The position numbers were made by a program, and so were the translations under genes. DNA of 64,000 bases from an uncultured Frankineae bacterium. GTDB taxonomy: Bacteria > Actinomycetota > Actinomycetes > Mycobacteriales > SCTD01. Position 1 is the stretch's first letter, and each line of letters starts with the position of its first letter. The notes under the pieces are model-generated. The model was not told the DNA's origin. It worked only from the letters and a program-made list of their open reading frames with translations, and ran no database searches. The DNA is taken from positions 972 through 64,971 of the forward strand of contig CADCUB010000131.1 in the NCBI GenBank assembly GCA_902805775.1, given 5' to 3'. Shown here piece after piece: positions 34,056-44,187 of this stretch.

Positions 34056-34973
34056 ATGACAGCCGAGCGGGCATCGCGACTGGGCCCGGTGCTGGCCCTG
34101 CAGTCCTCCGGGGCGGCGCAGCGGCTCTACCCGGTGTCGGTGGGGCTGGCGCTGGCCCGGCTGCGCGCCGACCGGTTGTGGCGGCAGAGCGCACCGCGCG
34201 CGCACGCCCTCGCCAGCATGGACCTCCTCGTCGGCCGTACGTCGCGTGCGCCCGCGCTCGAGCAGCTCGCCCGCGCCTACCTGCTGGAGCTGTGCCGGCA
34301 CGAGGAGCTGGCCTGGCGCCTCGACGTCGTGACGCGGCTGCCGGTGCACCACGTCGAGCGGCTGCGCGCGCAGCTCGACCGCGGACGGGGAGTGATCGTG
34401 AGCGTCGTCCACCAGGGGCACTTCGGTGCCCACCCCGCCTGCGTGGCGCGCCACGTCCCCGTCACCACGCTGATCGCCTCGAAGCTCCTGGGCGAGCAGC
34501 CCCGGACCCCCGCGGGTGTGCGCCGCCAGCAGCTCCACCGGACGTTCGCCCACTCCCCCGACGTCACGCTGCTGGGCGCGCAGGGGTCCTTCGACGCGGT
34601 GCGCTCGCTGCTCTCGGAGGGCGGCGTCGCGTGGGTGGCGTGCGACCTCAAGGGCAGCACGCCCGTGCGCTTCCTGGGCCGCACGGTGCTGGTCCCGTCG
34701 GGCACGGCGCGGCTCTCCCTGCTGACCGGTGCGGCCGTGCTGCCGCTGAGCATCAGCCCCGACGGGCACCTCGAGCGGCTCGAGGTGCAGGAGCCGCTCC
34801 TGCCCGAGGACCACGACAGCCCCGAGGCGCTCCTGCAGGCGGTCTTCGACCGGCACGAGCCCGCCGTGCTGGCGTGGCCGCAGGGCTACGAGCAGCCCCT
34901 CACCCACCTCGAGGTGCGTGCCGATCCCCCGCCCGACCCGCTGGCCGACGCTCGGGAGGAGCGGGCGACCTAG
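34056..34973 (+). CDS. LPLAT-superfamily (LpxL/HtrB-like) acyltransferase
   Basis: 305 aa with the H-x4-type region VVHQGHFGA. The similarity is weak. Confidence 0.5.
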   Translation: MTAERASRLGPVLALQSSGAAQRLYPVSVGLALARLRADRLWRQSAPRAHALASMDLLVGRTSRAPALEQLARAYLLELCRHEELAWRLDVVTRLPVHHVERLRAQLDRGRGVIVSVVHQGHFGAHPACVARHVPVTTLIASKLLGEQPRTPAGVRRQQLHRTFAHSPDVTLLGAQGSFDAVRSLLSEGGVAWVACDLKGSTPVRFLGRTVLVPSGTARLSLLTGAAVLPLSISPDGHLERLEVQEPLLPEDHDSPEALLQAVFDRHEPAVLAWPQGYEQPLTHLEVRADPPPDPLADAREERAT

Positions 34974-35689
34974 CGGGCCGGCCCGGCCGCCTCTCGGCCG
35001 GGCGCGCCGTCGCGCGGTCCCTGGACGACGCGCCGGCTGGTCGCGCCCAGGGCGTACGCCCCCCAGCGCGTCACCGCGCGCGGCACCGCAGTGCGGTGCG
35101 GGGTCGGCACGCTGCGGCTGTCGAGCGTGTCACGCACCCGGTCGACGACGCCGTCGAACCAGAACGCCAGCCCGCCGCTGAAGCGGCCGTGGCGCGTGTC
35201 GGGGTGCGGGCGCGTCGGGCTCCGCAGCAGCGCCGCGGCCAGCCGCTCGCGCAGGTCGGCCTGCTGCTCGGACGACAGCACCTCGTCGAGGGCGGCCAGC
35301 AGCGCGCGCTCGGCACGCTCGTGGTCCTGCAGAGCACGCCGCACGCCGTCCTCCAGCGCCTGCACCGGGACAGCGCGCAGGTGGACGTCACCGGTGAGCC
35401 GCCGGTCGAGCTGCCACAGGAGCACCTGCAGGCGGTGGTCCACCGCCTGCTGCGCCCGCACCCGCTGGCGCCCGTCGGCCAGTGCCCGGCAGGCCGCCGG
35501 GAACAGCACCCGCTCGACCGCGGCGAGGTGGGCGGCGCCCCAGCTCACCGCGGCCAGACTGCTGCTCGCCGGGTCGTCGAGCGCCGCGAGGGCGTGCGAG
35601 TGCGGGCGCGCCAGCTCCTGCCGCAGGTCGGCGGCGGGCTCCGACGGGGTGTGGACCGTGGTCCCGGGCGGCATCTCGGGTGCGCTCAC
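34970..35689 (-). CDS. hypothetical protein, possibly hemerythrin-like
   Basis: 239 aa and helical. His/Glu spacing and a TRPHPDTRH tail suggest an HHE-type domain. Its stop overlaps the convergent stop (CTAG). Confidence 0.4.
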   Translation of the reverse strand: MSAPEMPPGTTVHTPSEPAADLRQELARPHSHALAALDDPASSSLAAVSWGAAHLAAVERVLFPAACRALADGRQRVRAQQAVDHRLQVLLWQLDRRLTGDVHLRAVPVQALEDGVRRALQDHERAERALLAALDEVLSSEQQADLRERLAAALLRSPTRPHPDTRHGRFSGGLAFWFDGVVDRVRDTLDSRSVPTPHRTAVPRAVTRWGAYALGATSRRVVQGPRDGAPGREAAGPAR

Positions 35690-35811
35690 GTGGCGGCTCC
35701 GCGTCGGGTGCGCCGCCCGTGCTGGGCGGGTCCCATGACGCTGAGCCGCGCACCGACCTGCTCAGCGTGAGCGCCTGCGCCCCGGATGTCCAGGGACGGG
35801 CTGACCTGGGC

Positions 35812-36222
35812 TCAGACCGGCGTCTTCAGGGCGTCGAGCAGCGCCTGGCAGGCCTGCTCGCAGCGGTTGCAGGCCTGCTCGCACAGCCGGCAGTGCTCGT
35901 GGGCGTCGCGGTGCGGGGCGCAGGAGGACGCGCACTGCACGCAGGCCTCGATGCAGGCCGCGAGCACGGACAGCGTGAGCTGCTTGTCGGAGGCGTTCAG
36001 GCGGGCCAGGTGGCGCGCCGTCACACCGCACAGGTCGGCGCAGTCGAGGTCGTCGCGGACGCACACCGCCATCTCGCGCGCATGGTCCTCGGACAGGCAG
36101 GCGCTGGCGCACGCCGTGCACACCAGGGCGCAGTCGCTGGCGGCGTCGATGGCCTCGGCGACGAGGGCGGCGTCGACGGTCAGGCGCTGAGGAGCGGCGT
36201 TCAGCATCTCGAGCGTGGTCAC
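35812..36222 (-). CDS. Cys-rich four-helix-bundle copper-binding protein (DUF326)
   Basis: 136 aa with about 18 Cys in repeated C-x3-C-x2-C patterns (CALVCTACASAC, CIEACVQCASSC, CRLCEQACNRCEQAC). Confidence 0.75.
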   Translation of the reverse strand: MTTLEMLNAAPQRLTVDAALVAEAIDAASDCALVCTACASACLSEDHAREMAVCVRDDLDCADLCGVTARHLARLNASDKQLTLSVLAACIEACVQCASSCAPHRDAHEHCRLCEQACNRCEQACQALLDALKTPV

Positions 36223-36296
36223 GGTGCACCTCCGGAGAAGGGGTCAGGGTCGCCCTCGACCTGCCCTGCGGTGGCGCGCCTAGACCTGCGCAGCCG

Positions 36297-36683
36297 TCAC
36301 GACGCCGCGCCCCACGGAGGCAGCGGCAGCCACGCCGACAGGTCGGCCCGGTCCCCCCACGTGCGCACCCGCCCGTCCGTCGCCGCCCGCGACCACGCCA
36401 GCCGGCCGGTGCACAGCTCGACGAAGGCCACGGCGTCGGCCTCGACGACGTTGGGCGGCGTGCCGCGGGTGTGGCGCGGCCCCTCGACGCACTGCACGGC
36501 GGCGTACGGCGGCACCCGCGCCTCGACGTGCCGGCCGGGTGCGACCTCGGCGAGCCGGTCGGCGAGCCCGCGCACGGCGAGCGCGAGGTCCGGGCGGGCC
36601 GGCGGGCGCGCCTCGTCGAGCGCGAGCAGCACCGCCTCGACCGCAGCCGCCACGGCGACGGGGTCGCGGCGGGCGGGCGGCAC
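36297..36683 (-). CDS. sterol carrier family protein
   Basis: VPPYAAVQCVEGPRHTRGTPPNVVE is the hallmark of the actinobacterial SCP-like family found next to purL. Confidence 0.65.
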   Translation of the reverse strand: MPPARRDPVAVAAAVEAVLLALDEARPPARPDLALAVRGLADRLAEVAPGRHVEARVPPYAAVQCVEGPRHTRGTPPNVVEADAVAFVELCTGRLAWSRAATDGRVRTWGDRADLSAWLPLPPWGAAS

Positions 36684-36711
36684 GCGGTCGAGCGTAGGCG
36701 GGCCGCACCCG

Positions 36712-39096
36712 TCAGCCCGGGTGCAGGCCGCCCGTCGCCGGAGCGGTGAGGACCGGGTTGGCGGGGGCGGTGTCGCCGGCCAGCGGGCCGAACAGCGCGG
36801 GCAGCGTCGCCTCGGAGGCCTCGCGCAGGTCCTCGAGCGCCAGCGACAGCACGTCCTGCACCTCCAGGCCGGTGCCGTCGGTGACGCCGATCCGGGTGCA
36901 CGGCAGCCCGCGGGCGTCGCACATCTCGGTGAAGCGCAGCTCCTCCGAGCGGGGCACGGTGACGAGGGCGCGCCCGGCCGACTCGCTGAACAGCTGCACG
37001 AACGGCGACAGGCCCCGGGGCAGGACGATCCGCGCCCCGACGCCGGCCGGCTGCCCGTCCTGCCGCGGCCCCCCGGCCAGGCACGACTCGACGAGCGCCT
37101 GGGCCAGGCCGCCGTCGGACAGGTCGTGGGCCGACGAGAGCATGCCGTCGCGCGAGCCGGCGACGAGCACCTCGGCCAGCACCTTCTCCGCCGCCAGGTC
37201 GACCACGGGCGGGCAGCCGCCGAGGTGCCGGTGCTCGGCCCAGGCCCACTCCGAGCCGCCGAGCTCCTCGCCCGTCCGGCCGAGCAGCAGCACCGACTCG
37301 CCCTCGACGGCGAAGCCGATCGGCGTGCGGCGGGCGACGTCGTCGAGCAGCCCCAGCACGCCGACGACCGGCGTGGGGTTGATCGCCACCTCGGCGGTGG
37401 AGTTGTAGAAGCTGACGTTGCCGCCGGTGAGCGGGAGGGCCAGCGCGCGGCAGGCGTCGGCCAGCCCCCGGGTGGCCTCGGCGAACTGCCACATGACCTC
37501 CGGGTCCTCCGGCGAGCCGAAGTTGAGGCAGTTGGTGACCGCGATCGGCACGGCCCCCGTCGCCGCGACGTTGCGGCACGCCTCGGCCAGCGCCAGCTGC
37601 GCGCCGGCGTAGGGGTCCAGCCGCGCGTAGCGGCCGTTGCCGTCGGTGGCCAGGGCGATGCCCAGCCCCGTCTGCTCGGACAGCCGCACGACGCCCGCGT
37701 CCTGCGGCCAGGCCAGGACCGTGTCGCCGAGCACGATCCGGTCGTACTGCTCGACCACCCAGCGGCGGCTGCACAGGTTGGGCGAGGCGACCATGCGCAG
37801 CAGCAGGTCCGACAGCACCTCTCCCGGTGGGTGGGGCGGTGTCGGCGCCGCCTGCAGGGTGTCGAGGTCCGCCGGCCGCTCCTGCGGGCGGTCGTAGACC
37901 GGGCCGTCGTCGGCCAGCGAGCCGGGTGGCACGTCGACGACGGCCTGGCCGTGCCACAGCACCTCGAGCCGGTCGCCCTCGACGACCTCGCCGATCGCGG
38001 TGGCGAGCACGCCCCACTTCTCGGCGGTGGCGAGCACCGCCGGGAGGTTCGCCGGGGCGACGATGGCCAGCATCCGCTCCTGCGACTCGCTCGCGAGCAC
38101 CTCGTGCGGCTCCATCGACGCCTCGCGCAGGGGCACGCGGTCCAGGTGCGCCCGCATGCCCGACCGCCCGGCCGCGGCCGTCTCGGTGAGCGCGCAGGTC
38201 AGGCCGGCGCCGCCGAGGTCCTGGATGCCCTCGACGAGCTGGGCGTCGTACAGCTCCAGGCACGCCTCGATGAGCAGCTTCTCGGTGAAGGGGTCGCCGA
38301 CCTGCACCGACGGCCGGCGCGCGGGCCCGTCCTCGTCGAAGGTGGCGGACGCGAGCACCGACACCCCGCCGATGCCGTCGCGGCCGGTCTTGGCGCCGAG
38401 CAGGACCACGACGTTGCCGACGCCGCGGGCGGCCGACAGCTGGATGCGGTCCTTGGGCAGCACGCCGAGGCACAGCGCGTTGACCAGCGGGTTGCCGGCG
38501 TAGGTCGGGTCGAAGACGACCTCGCCGCCGACGTTCGGCAGTCCCAGGCAGTTGCCGTAGCCGCCCACCCCGGCCACGACGCCGGGCAGCACCCGCGCGG
38601 TGTCCGGGTGCTGGGCGTCACCGAAGCGGAGCGAGTCCATGACGAGCACGGGACGCGCGCCCATGGTGAGGATGTCGCGCACGATGCCGCCCACCCCGGT
38701 GGCCGCCCCCTGGTAGGGCTCGACGTAGCTGGGGTGGTTGTGCGACTCCACCTTGAAGGTGACGGCCAGGCCCTCGCCGACGTCGACGACGCCGGCGTTC
38801 TCGCCCATGCCGACGAGCATCCGCTCGCCCTTCGGCAGCTCGCCGAACCGGCGCAGGTGCACCTTCGACGACTTGTAGGAGCAGTGCTCGCTCCACATGA
38901 TCGAGTACATCGCCAGCTCGGACTGCGTGGGGCGGCGACCCAGCACCGCACGGATCGCGGCGTACTCCCCGTCCTCGAGCCCGAGCTCGGCGTACGGCTG
39001 GGCGACCTCCGGCGTGGCGGCCGCCCGGTCGACGGTGTCGACGCTGCTGCGGCCCTCGGGCAGCGGGCCGGCGGAGTCGGCAGCGGGCGTCGTCAC
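36712..39096 (-). CDS. purL: phosphoribosylformylglycinamidine synthase subunit PurL
   Basis: The GTG at 39096 overlaps the purQ stop (GTGA). It has [12 protein letters not shown] and ESHNHPS. Confidence 0.95.
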   Translation of the reverse strand: MTTPAADSAGPLPEGRSSVDTVDRAAATPEVAQPYAELGLEDGEYAAIRAVLGRRPTQSELAMYSIMWSEHCSYKSSKVHLRRFGELPKGERMLVGMGENAGVVDVGEGLAVTFKVESHNHPSYVEPYQGAATGVGGIVRDILTMGARPVLVMDSLRFGDAQHPDTARVLPGVVAGVGGYGNCLGLPNVGGEVVFDPTYAGNPLVNALCLGVLPKDRIQLSAARGVGNVVVLLGAKTGRDGIGGVSVLASATFDEDGPARRPSVQVGDPFTEKLLIEACLELYDAQLVEGIQDLGGAGLTCALTETAAAGRSGMRAHLDRVPLREASMEPHEVLASESQERMLAIVAPANLPAVLATAEKWGVLATAIGEVVEGDRLEVLWHGQAVVDVPPGSLADDGPVYDRPQERPADLDTLQAAPTPPHPPGEVLSDLLLRMVASPNLCSRRWVVEQYDRIVLGDTVLAWPQDAGVVRLSEQTGLGIALATDGNGRYARLDPYAGAQLALAEACRNVAATGAVPIAVTNCLNFGSPEDPEVMWQFAEATRGLADACRALALPLTGGNVSFYNSTAEVAINPTPVVGVLGLLDDVARRTPIGFAVEGESVLLLGRTGEELGGSEWAWAEHRHLGGCPPVVDLAAEKVLAEVLVAGSRDGMLSSAHDLSDGGLAQALVESCLAGGPRQDGQPAGVGARIVLPRGLSPFVQLFSESAGRALVTVPRSEELRFTEMCDARGLPCTRIGVTDGTGLEVQDVLSLALEDLREASEATLPALFGPLAGDTAPANPVLTAPATGGLHPG

Positions 39097-39776
39097 GCCG
39101 CGACCAGGGTCGACAGCACGCTGGTGAAGAACACCAGGCCGTCGGTGCCGGGACCGGTGAGCTCCTCCACCGCGTGCTCGGGGTGCGGCATGATCCCGAC
39201 GACGTTGCCGGCGGCGTTGCGGATGCCGGCGATGTCGCGGGCGCTGCCGTTGGGGTTGCTGCCGAGGTAGCGCGCGACGACGCGTCCCTCGCCCTCGAGC
39301 TCGTCGAGCACCGCGGTGGCGGCGACGTAGTTGCCCTCGCCGTTCTTCACCGGCACGACGACCGCCTGGCCCTCGGCGAAGCCGGCCGTCCACGCCGACG
39401 CCGTGCTCTCGACGCGCAGCCGCTGGTCGCGGTTGACGAAGTGCAGGTGGGCGTTGCGGGTGAGCGCCCCGGGCAGCAGGCCCGCCTCGCACAGCACCTG
39501 GAAGCCGTTGCAGATGCCGAGCACCGGCAGGCCGCGGCCGGCCTGCTCGATCACGGTGCCCATCACCGGGGAGAACCGGGCCAGCGCGCCGGCCCGCAGG
39601 TAGTCGCCGTAGGAGAAGCCGCCCGGCAGGACGACGGCGTCGACCCCGTGCAGGTCCGCGTCGGCGTGCCACAGGGCCACCGGCCGGCCGCCGGCCAGGC
39701 GCACGGCGCGCTGGGCGTCCCGGTCGTCGAGGCTGCCGGGGAAGCTCACCACACCGATGCGGGCCGTCACGCGCAC
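39093..39776 (-). CDS. purQ: phosphoribosylformylglycinamidine synthase glutaminase subunit PurQ
   Basis: It has [10 protein letters not shown], the catalytic GICNGFQ, and PHPE. Confidence 0.95.
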   Translation of the reverse strand: MRVTARIGVVSFPGSLDDRDAQRAVRLAGGRPVALWHADADLHGVDAVVLPGGFSYGDYLRAGALARFSPVMGTVIEQAGRGLPVLGICNGFQVLCEAGLLPGALTRNAHLHFVNRDQRLRVESTASAWTAGFAEGQAVVVPVKNGEGNYVAATAVLDELEGEGRVVARYLGSNPNGSARDIAGIRNAAGNVVGIMPHPEHAVEELTGPGTDGLVFFTSVLSTLVAA

Positions 39777-39793
39777 GAGGGTAGTGGCGCGCC

Positions 39794-40336
39794 TCAGCCC
39801 GGCCGGGGGCCGCCCGCGGGGCCGTCCTCGCCGAGCTCCACAGGCTCCCGGTCCCCGTTGCGCCGGGCCTGCGACCAGGGACCGTGCCGGGTGTCGGGCG
39901 CGTCCTCGGTGAGCCGGTCGATCGCCGAGCCGTCGCTCCAGGTCAGCTGCTTCTCCAGGTGGACGACGGTGCCGGTGTGCGGCCGGCTGGTGAAGCTCAC
40001 CTCGTCGACGAGGGCCCGCATCAGCTGGATGCCGCGGCCGTCCTCCGCCGACGGCTCGGCCTCGGTCAGGCCCTGCGTGGCGACGTCGAAGCCGCTGCCG
40101 CGGTCGATCACCTCGATGACGCAGACGGCCCCGTCGATGCCCGCCGACACCTCGTACTCGTCGGTGTCGGCGGCGTGGTCCAGGACGTTGGTGCAGGCCT
40201 CGGTCAGCGCCAGCTCGATGTCGGCGACCACGTCGTCGTCCACCCCGAGGACCTCGAGCGAGCGGGCCAGGACGCGACGGGCGACGGGCACGGAGTACTC
40301 GTCGTGCGGCAGCGCGAGGGTCAGCTTGAGCTCCAC
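39794..40336 (-). CDS. RsbW/SpoIIAB-type anti-sigma factor Ser kinase (HATPase_c_2)
   Basis: It has the N-box [16 protein letters not shown]1 DRGSGF and G2 GRGIQLM. It sits 7 nt after the purS stop and 17 nt before purQ. Confidence 0.8.
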   Translation of the reverse strand: MELKLTLALPHDEYSVPVARRVLARSLEVLGVDDDVVADIELALTEACTNVLDHAADTDEYEVSAGIDGAVCVIEVIDRGSGFDVATQGLTEAEPSAEDGRGIQLMRALVDEVSFTSRPHTGTVVHLEKQLTWSDGSAIDRLTEDAPDTRHGPWSQARRNGDREPVELGEDGPAGGPRPG

Positions 40337-40343
40337 GGGAGCC

Positions 40344-40592
40344 TCAGCCCAGCCGCACGCGGAAGTCCTCGATCACCGGGTTGGCGAGCAGCACCTGCGC
40401 CATCCGGGTGCCCTCGGCGAGCGCGGCGTCCTCGTCGGCGGCCTCGACGGTGATCTCGACGTGCTTGCCGATGCGCAGGTCGCTGACCGGAGCGAGCCCG
40501 AGCGTCGGCAGCGCGTTGACGACCGCCTGCCCGGCCGGGTCGAGGATCTCCGGCTTGAGCATCACGTCGACGACCACCTCGTACGCGGGCAT
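40344..40592 (-). CDS. purS: phosphoribosylformylglycinamidine synthase subunit PurS
   Basis: 82 aa with V.V.LKPEILDP.G.AV..AL..LG. Confidence 0.9.
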   Translation of the reverse strand: MPAYEVVVDVMLKPEILDPAGQAVVNALPTLGLAPVSDLRIGKHVEITVEAADEDAALAEGTRMAQVLLANPVIEDFRVRLG

Positions 40593-40620
40593 GGCCGCAG
40601 CGTAGCGGTGGGCCGTGCGC

Positions 40621-41526
40621 TCACCCTCCCCGCAGCCAGCTGTCGAAGGAGCTGCCGGTCAGCCGCTCGTAGGCCTCGACGTAGCCGGCCCGGGTGCGCT
40701 CCACGACGTCGGGGGGCAGCTCGGGCGCGGGGGCCGTCCGGTCCCACCCGCTCGCGTCGAGCCAGTCGCGGACGGGCTGCTTGTCGAAGGACGGCTGCGC
40801 CCGGCCGGGCACCCAGCGGTCGGCCGGCCAGAAGCGGGAGGAGTCGGGCGTGAGCACCTCGTCGCCGAGCCGCAGGACGCCGTCGCGGTCGTGGCCGAGC
40901 TCGAGCTTGGTGTCGGCCAGCAGGATCCCGCGCTCGGCGGCCCGGGCGGCGCCCCGCGCGTAGACCGCCAGGGTCACCCGCCGCAGCTCGGCGGCCAGCT
41001 CGGCCCCGACGGCCCGCTCGACGGCCGCGAAGGGGACGTTCTCGTCGTGGTCGCCGGCCTCGGCCTTGGTCGCCGGGGTGAAGACCGGCTCCGGCAGCCG
41101 GCTCCCGTCCTGCAGCCCGGGCGGCAGGGCGTGCCCCTGGATGCCGCCCGTCGCCCGGTAGTCGGCCAGGCCCGAGCCGGTGAGGTAGCCGCGCGCCACG
41201 CACTCCACCGGCACCATGGCCAGCCGGCGGCACAGCACCGCCCGGCCCCGCAGCTGGTCGGCGTACGGCTGCAGCCCGGCGGGGAACTCGTCCGGCCGGG
41301 CGCTGACCAGGTGGTGGGGCACGAGGTCGGCCAGCTGCCCGAACCACCAGACCGACAGGCCGGTGAGCACCGCGCCCTTGTCGGGGACCACCGTCGGCAG
41401 GACGACGTCGTAGGCGCTGATCCGGTCGCTGGCGACGAGCAGCAGGTGGTCGGCGTCGACCTCGTGGACGTCGCGGACCTTGCCGCGGGCGACCAGCGGC
41501 AGGGGCAGGGGCAGGGGCAGCGTCAC
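40621..41526 (-). CDS. purC: SAICAR synthase
   Basis: The GTG at 41526 overlaps the purB stop (GTGA). It has GKVRDV, SDRISAYD and LADTKLE. Confidence 0.95.
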   Translation of the reverse strand: MTLPLPLPLPLVARGKVRDVHEVDADHLLLVASDRISAYDVVLPTVVPDKGAVLTGLSVWWFGQLADLVPHHLVSARPDEFPAGLQPYADQLRGRAVLCRRLAMVPVECVARGYLTGSGLADYRATGGIQGHALPPGLQDGSRLPEPVFTPATKAEAGDHDENVPFAAVERAVGAELAAELRRVTLAVYARGAARAAERGILLADTKLELGHDRDGVLRLGDEVLTPDSSRFWPADRWVPGRAQPSFDKQPVRDWLDASGWDRTAPAPELPPDVVERTRAGYVEAYERLTGSSFDSWLRGG

Positions 41527-42830
41527 GTGAGGGCGGCGAGGCGGTCGAAGACCGGGGCCAGCCGGTCCAGGTAGCGCTCGGGGCGGCACACCTCGTCCAG
41601 CCGGGCCTCGTCGAGCACCTGACCGGCGGCCTGCGCCTCGTCGCTCAGCGCCGCCCGGAACGGCGTGCCGGTCTCCCACGTGCGCATCGCCGCCCGCTGC
41701 ACGAACGCGTACGCGTCCTCGCGCGACAGCCCGCCCTCCACGAGCTCGAGCAGCACCGTGCTGGTGTAGATCAGGCCACCGGAGCTCTCGAGGTTGGCCC
41801 GCATGCGGTCGGCGTCGACGACCAGGCCGGTCACCAGCCGGGTCGTCAGGTGGAGCAGGTAGTCGGTGGCGATCGAGGCGTCGGGCAGCGCGATGCGCTC
41901 GGTCGAGCTGTGGCTGATGTCGCGCTCGTGCCACAGCGGGATGCCCTCCATCACCGGCACCACCTGCGCGCGCACGATCCGCGCCATGCCGGCGATGCGC
42001 TCGCTGGCGATCGGGTTCTTCTTGTGGGGCATCGCGCTCGAGCCCTTCTGGCCCTTGCCGAACGGCTCCCACAGCTCGCGGACCTCGGTGCGCTGCCCGT
42101 GCCGCACCTCCAGCGCGAACGCCTCGCAGACGGTGGCGATCACCGCCAGGGCGCAGACCCACTCGCTGATGCCGTCGCGCAGCACCACCTGCGTGGCGGC
42201 GGGCGCCGGGGTCAGCCCGAGGCGCTCCGCGACCCGCTGCTCGACCTGCGGGTCGACGTTCGAGTAGGTGCCCACCGCACCGCTGATCTTGGCCACGGCC
42301 ACCGCCTCGCGCACCCGGCGCAGGCGGTCGCGGCTGCGGGCCATGGCGAAGGCGAGGTCCGCCACGCGGTGGCCCCAGGTCGTCGGCTCGGCGTGGATGC
42401 CGTGCGTGCGACCGACGCGGACGGTGTCGCGGTGCTCCAGCCCGAGGTCGCGCAGGGCGGCGACGAGCGCGTCGCACTTGGCCAGCAGCAGGTCGGTGGC
42501 CTCCACGAGCTGCAGGGCGAGGGCGGTGTCCAGCAGGTCGCTGCTGGTCATCCCGAAGTGCACGTACGCCGCTGCCTCGCGCGGCTGCGTGCGGTCGGCC
42601 CAGGCCGACAGGAAGGCGATGACGTCGTGCTGGGTGACCGCCTCGATCTCGGCGACGGCCTCCGGGGTGGGTGGCGGAGCGGCGCGCACGGGCGCCACGC
42701 TGGAGGCCGGCACCGTGCCCGCCTCGGCGTGGGCCTCCAGGACCATCACCTCGACCGCGCACCACAGCTCGTACTTGTGGGCCTCGCTCCAGACCCGCCC
42801 CATCTCGGGCAGGGTGTAGCGCTCGATCAC
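41523..42830 (-). CDS. purB: adenylosuccinate lyase
   Basis: 435 aa with the fumarate-lyase signature [11 protein letters not shown]. Confidence 0.95.
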   Translation of the reverse strand: MIERYTLPEMGRVWSEAHKYELWCAVEVMVLEAHAEAGTVPASSVAPVRAAPPPTPEAVAEIEAVTQHDVIAFLSAWADRTQPREAAAYVHFGMTSSDLLDTALALQLVEATDLLLAKCDALVAALRDLGLEHRDTVRVGRTHGIHAEPTTWGHRVADLAFAMARSRDRLRRVREAVAVAKISGAVGTYSNVDPQVEQRVAERLGLTPAPAATQVVLRDGISEWVCALAVIATVCEAFALEVRHGQRTEVRELWEPFGKGQKGSSAMPHKKNPIASERIAGMARIVRAQVVPVMEGIPLWHERDISHSSTERIALPDASIATDYLLHLTTRLVTGLVVDADRMRANLESSGGLIYTSTVLLELVEGGLSREDAYAFVQRAAMRTWETGTPFRAALSDEAQAAGQVLDEARLDEVCRPERYLDRLAPVFDRLAALT

Positions 42831-42899
42831 GGGGTGCTCCCTCGGGTCGGTGTCGCGCCAGTCTCCCAGGGACGCCGGCCACGCCCCGGGACCCCGTGC

Positions 42900-44177
42900 T
42901 CAGGCGGGCTGCCCCGGCAGGCGGACCTCGCCGGCGACGGCGGCGCGGGCGATGTCGGTGCGCCAGTGGCCGCCGCGCAGCCGCACGGCGGCGACCCCCT
43001 CGTACGCCAGGTCGCGCGCGGCGCCGAGGTCGTCGGCGACGGCGGTCACCGACAGGACCCGGCCGCCGGCCGACACCACCCGGTCCCCCTCGGTGCGGGT
43101 GCCGGCGTGCAGCACGTGCACCCCCGCGGGCAGCGGCCCGACCTCGACGACGTCGCCGGTGACCGGCGGTCCGGGGTAGCGCTCGGCGGCCACGACCACG
43201 GTGACGGCGGCACCGGCGCGCCAGGCGAGCGGCGGCGCGTCGCCGAGCGAGCCGGTGGCGCAGGCGTGCAGCAGGCCGGCGAGCGGCGTCTCGAGCAGCG
43301 CGAGGACGACCTGCGTCTCCGGGTCGCCGAAGCGGCAGTTGAACTCGATGACCTGCGGCCCCGACGACGTCAGCGCCAGTCCGGCGTAGAGCAGCCCGCG
43401 GAACGGCGTCCCCCGCCGGGCCAGCTCGTCGACGACCGGCTGCAGCACCTCGCGCTGCACCTGCTGCACCAGGCCCGGCGGCAGCCACGGCAGCGGTGCG
43501 TACGCCCCCATGCCCCCGGTGTTGGGCCCCGCGTCGCCGTCCTGCGCCCGCTTGAAGTCCTGCGCCGGCAGCAGCGGCACGACGGTCCGGCCGTCGGTCA
43601 GGGCGAACAGCGACACCTCCGGCCCGTCCAGGTAGCTCTCGACGATCGCGGTCGCGCCCGGACCGCGCAGCACCTCCCGCGCGAACGCCGTGGCCGCCGC
43701 CAGGTCGCTGCCGACGTGGACGCCCTTGCCGGCCGCGAGCCCGTCGGCCTTGACGACGTACGGCGGCGCGGCGGCCGCGAGGTGGGCCGCGCACGCCTCG
43801 GGGTCGTCGAACACGGCCGCCGCCGCGGTCGCCACGCCCGCCTCGGCCATCACCTGCTTGGCGAAGCTCTTGCTCCCCTCGATGCGCGCCGCGGCGGCGG
43901 ACGGGCCGAAGCAGGCGATGCCGGCCTCGCGCAGCGCGTCCGCGACCCCGGCGACGAGCGGCACCTCCGGCCCGACGACGACGAGGTCGGCGGCCAGCTC
44001 CTGGGCCAGGGCGACGACCTGCCCCCCGTCGGCGACCTCGACGGGGCGGTCGGCGGCCAGCACCGCCGTGCCGGCGTTGCCCGGCGCGCAGACCAGCCGG
44101 TGGACGGCCGGGTCGCGCGACAGGGCGGTCAGCAGCGCATGCTCGCGGGCGCCGGACCCGAGCACGAGGACGTCCAC
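42900..44177 (-). CDS. purD: phosphoribosylamine-glycine ligase
   Basis: It has VLVLGSGAREHAL, KADGLAAGKGV and FNCRFGDPE. The start is GTG at 44177 (or 44186). Confidence 0.95.
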   Translation of the reverse strand: MDVLVLGSGAREHALLTALSRDPAVHRLVCAPGNAGTAVLAADRPVEVADGGQVVALAQELAADLVVVGPEVPLVAGVADALREAGIACFGPSAAAARIEGSKSFAKQVMAEAGVATAAAAVFDDPEACAAHLAAAAPPYVVKADGLAAGKGVHVGSDLAAATAFAREVLRGPGATAIVESYLDGPEVSLFALTDGRTVVPLLPAQDFKRAQDGDAGPNTGGMGAYAPLPWLPPGLVQQVQREVLQPVVDELARRGTPFRGLLYAGLALTSSGPQVIEFNCRFGDPETQVVLALLETPLAGLLHACATGSLGDAPPLAWRAGAAVTVVVAAERYPGPPVTGDVVEVGPLPAGVHVLHAGTRTEGDRVVSAGGRVLSVTAVADDLGAARDLAYEGVAAVRLRGGHWRTDIARAAVAGEVRLPGQPA

Positions 44178-44187
44178 GGGCGGCACG

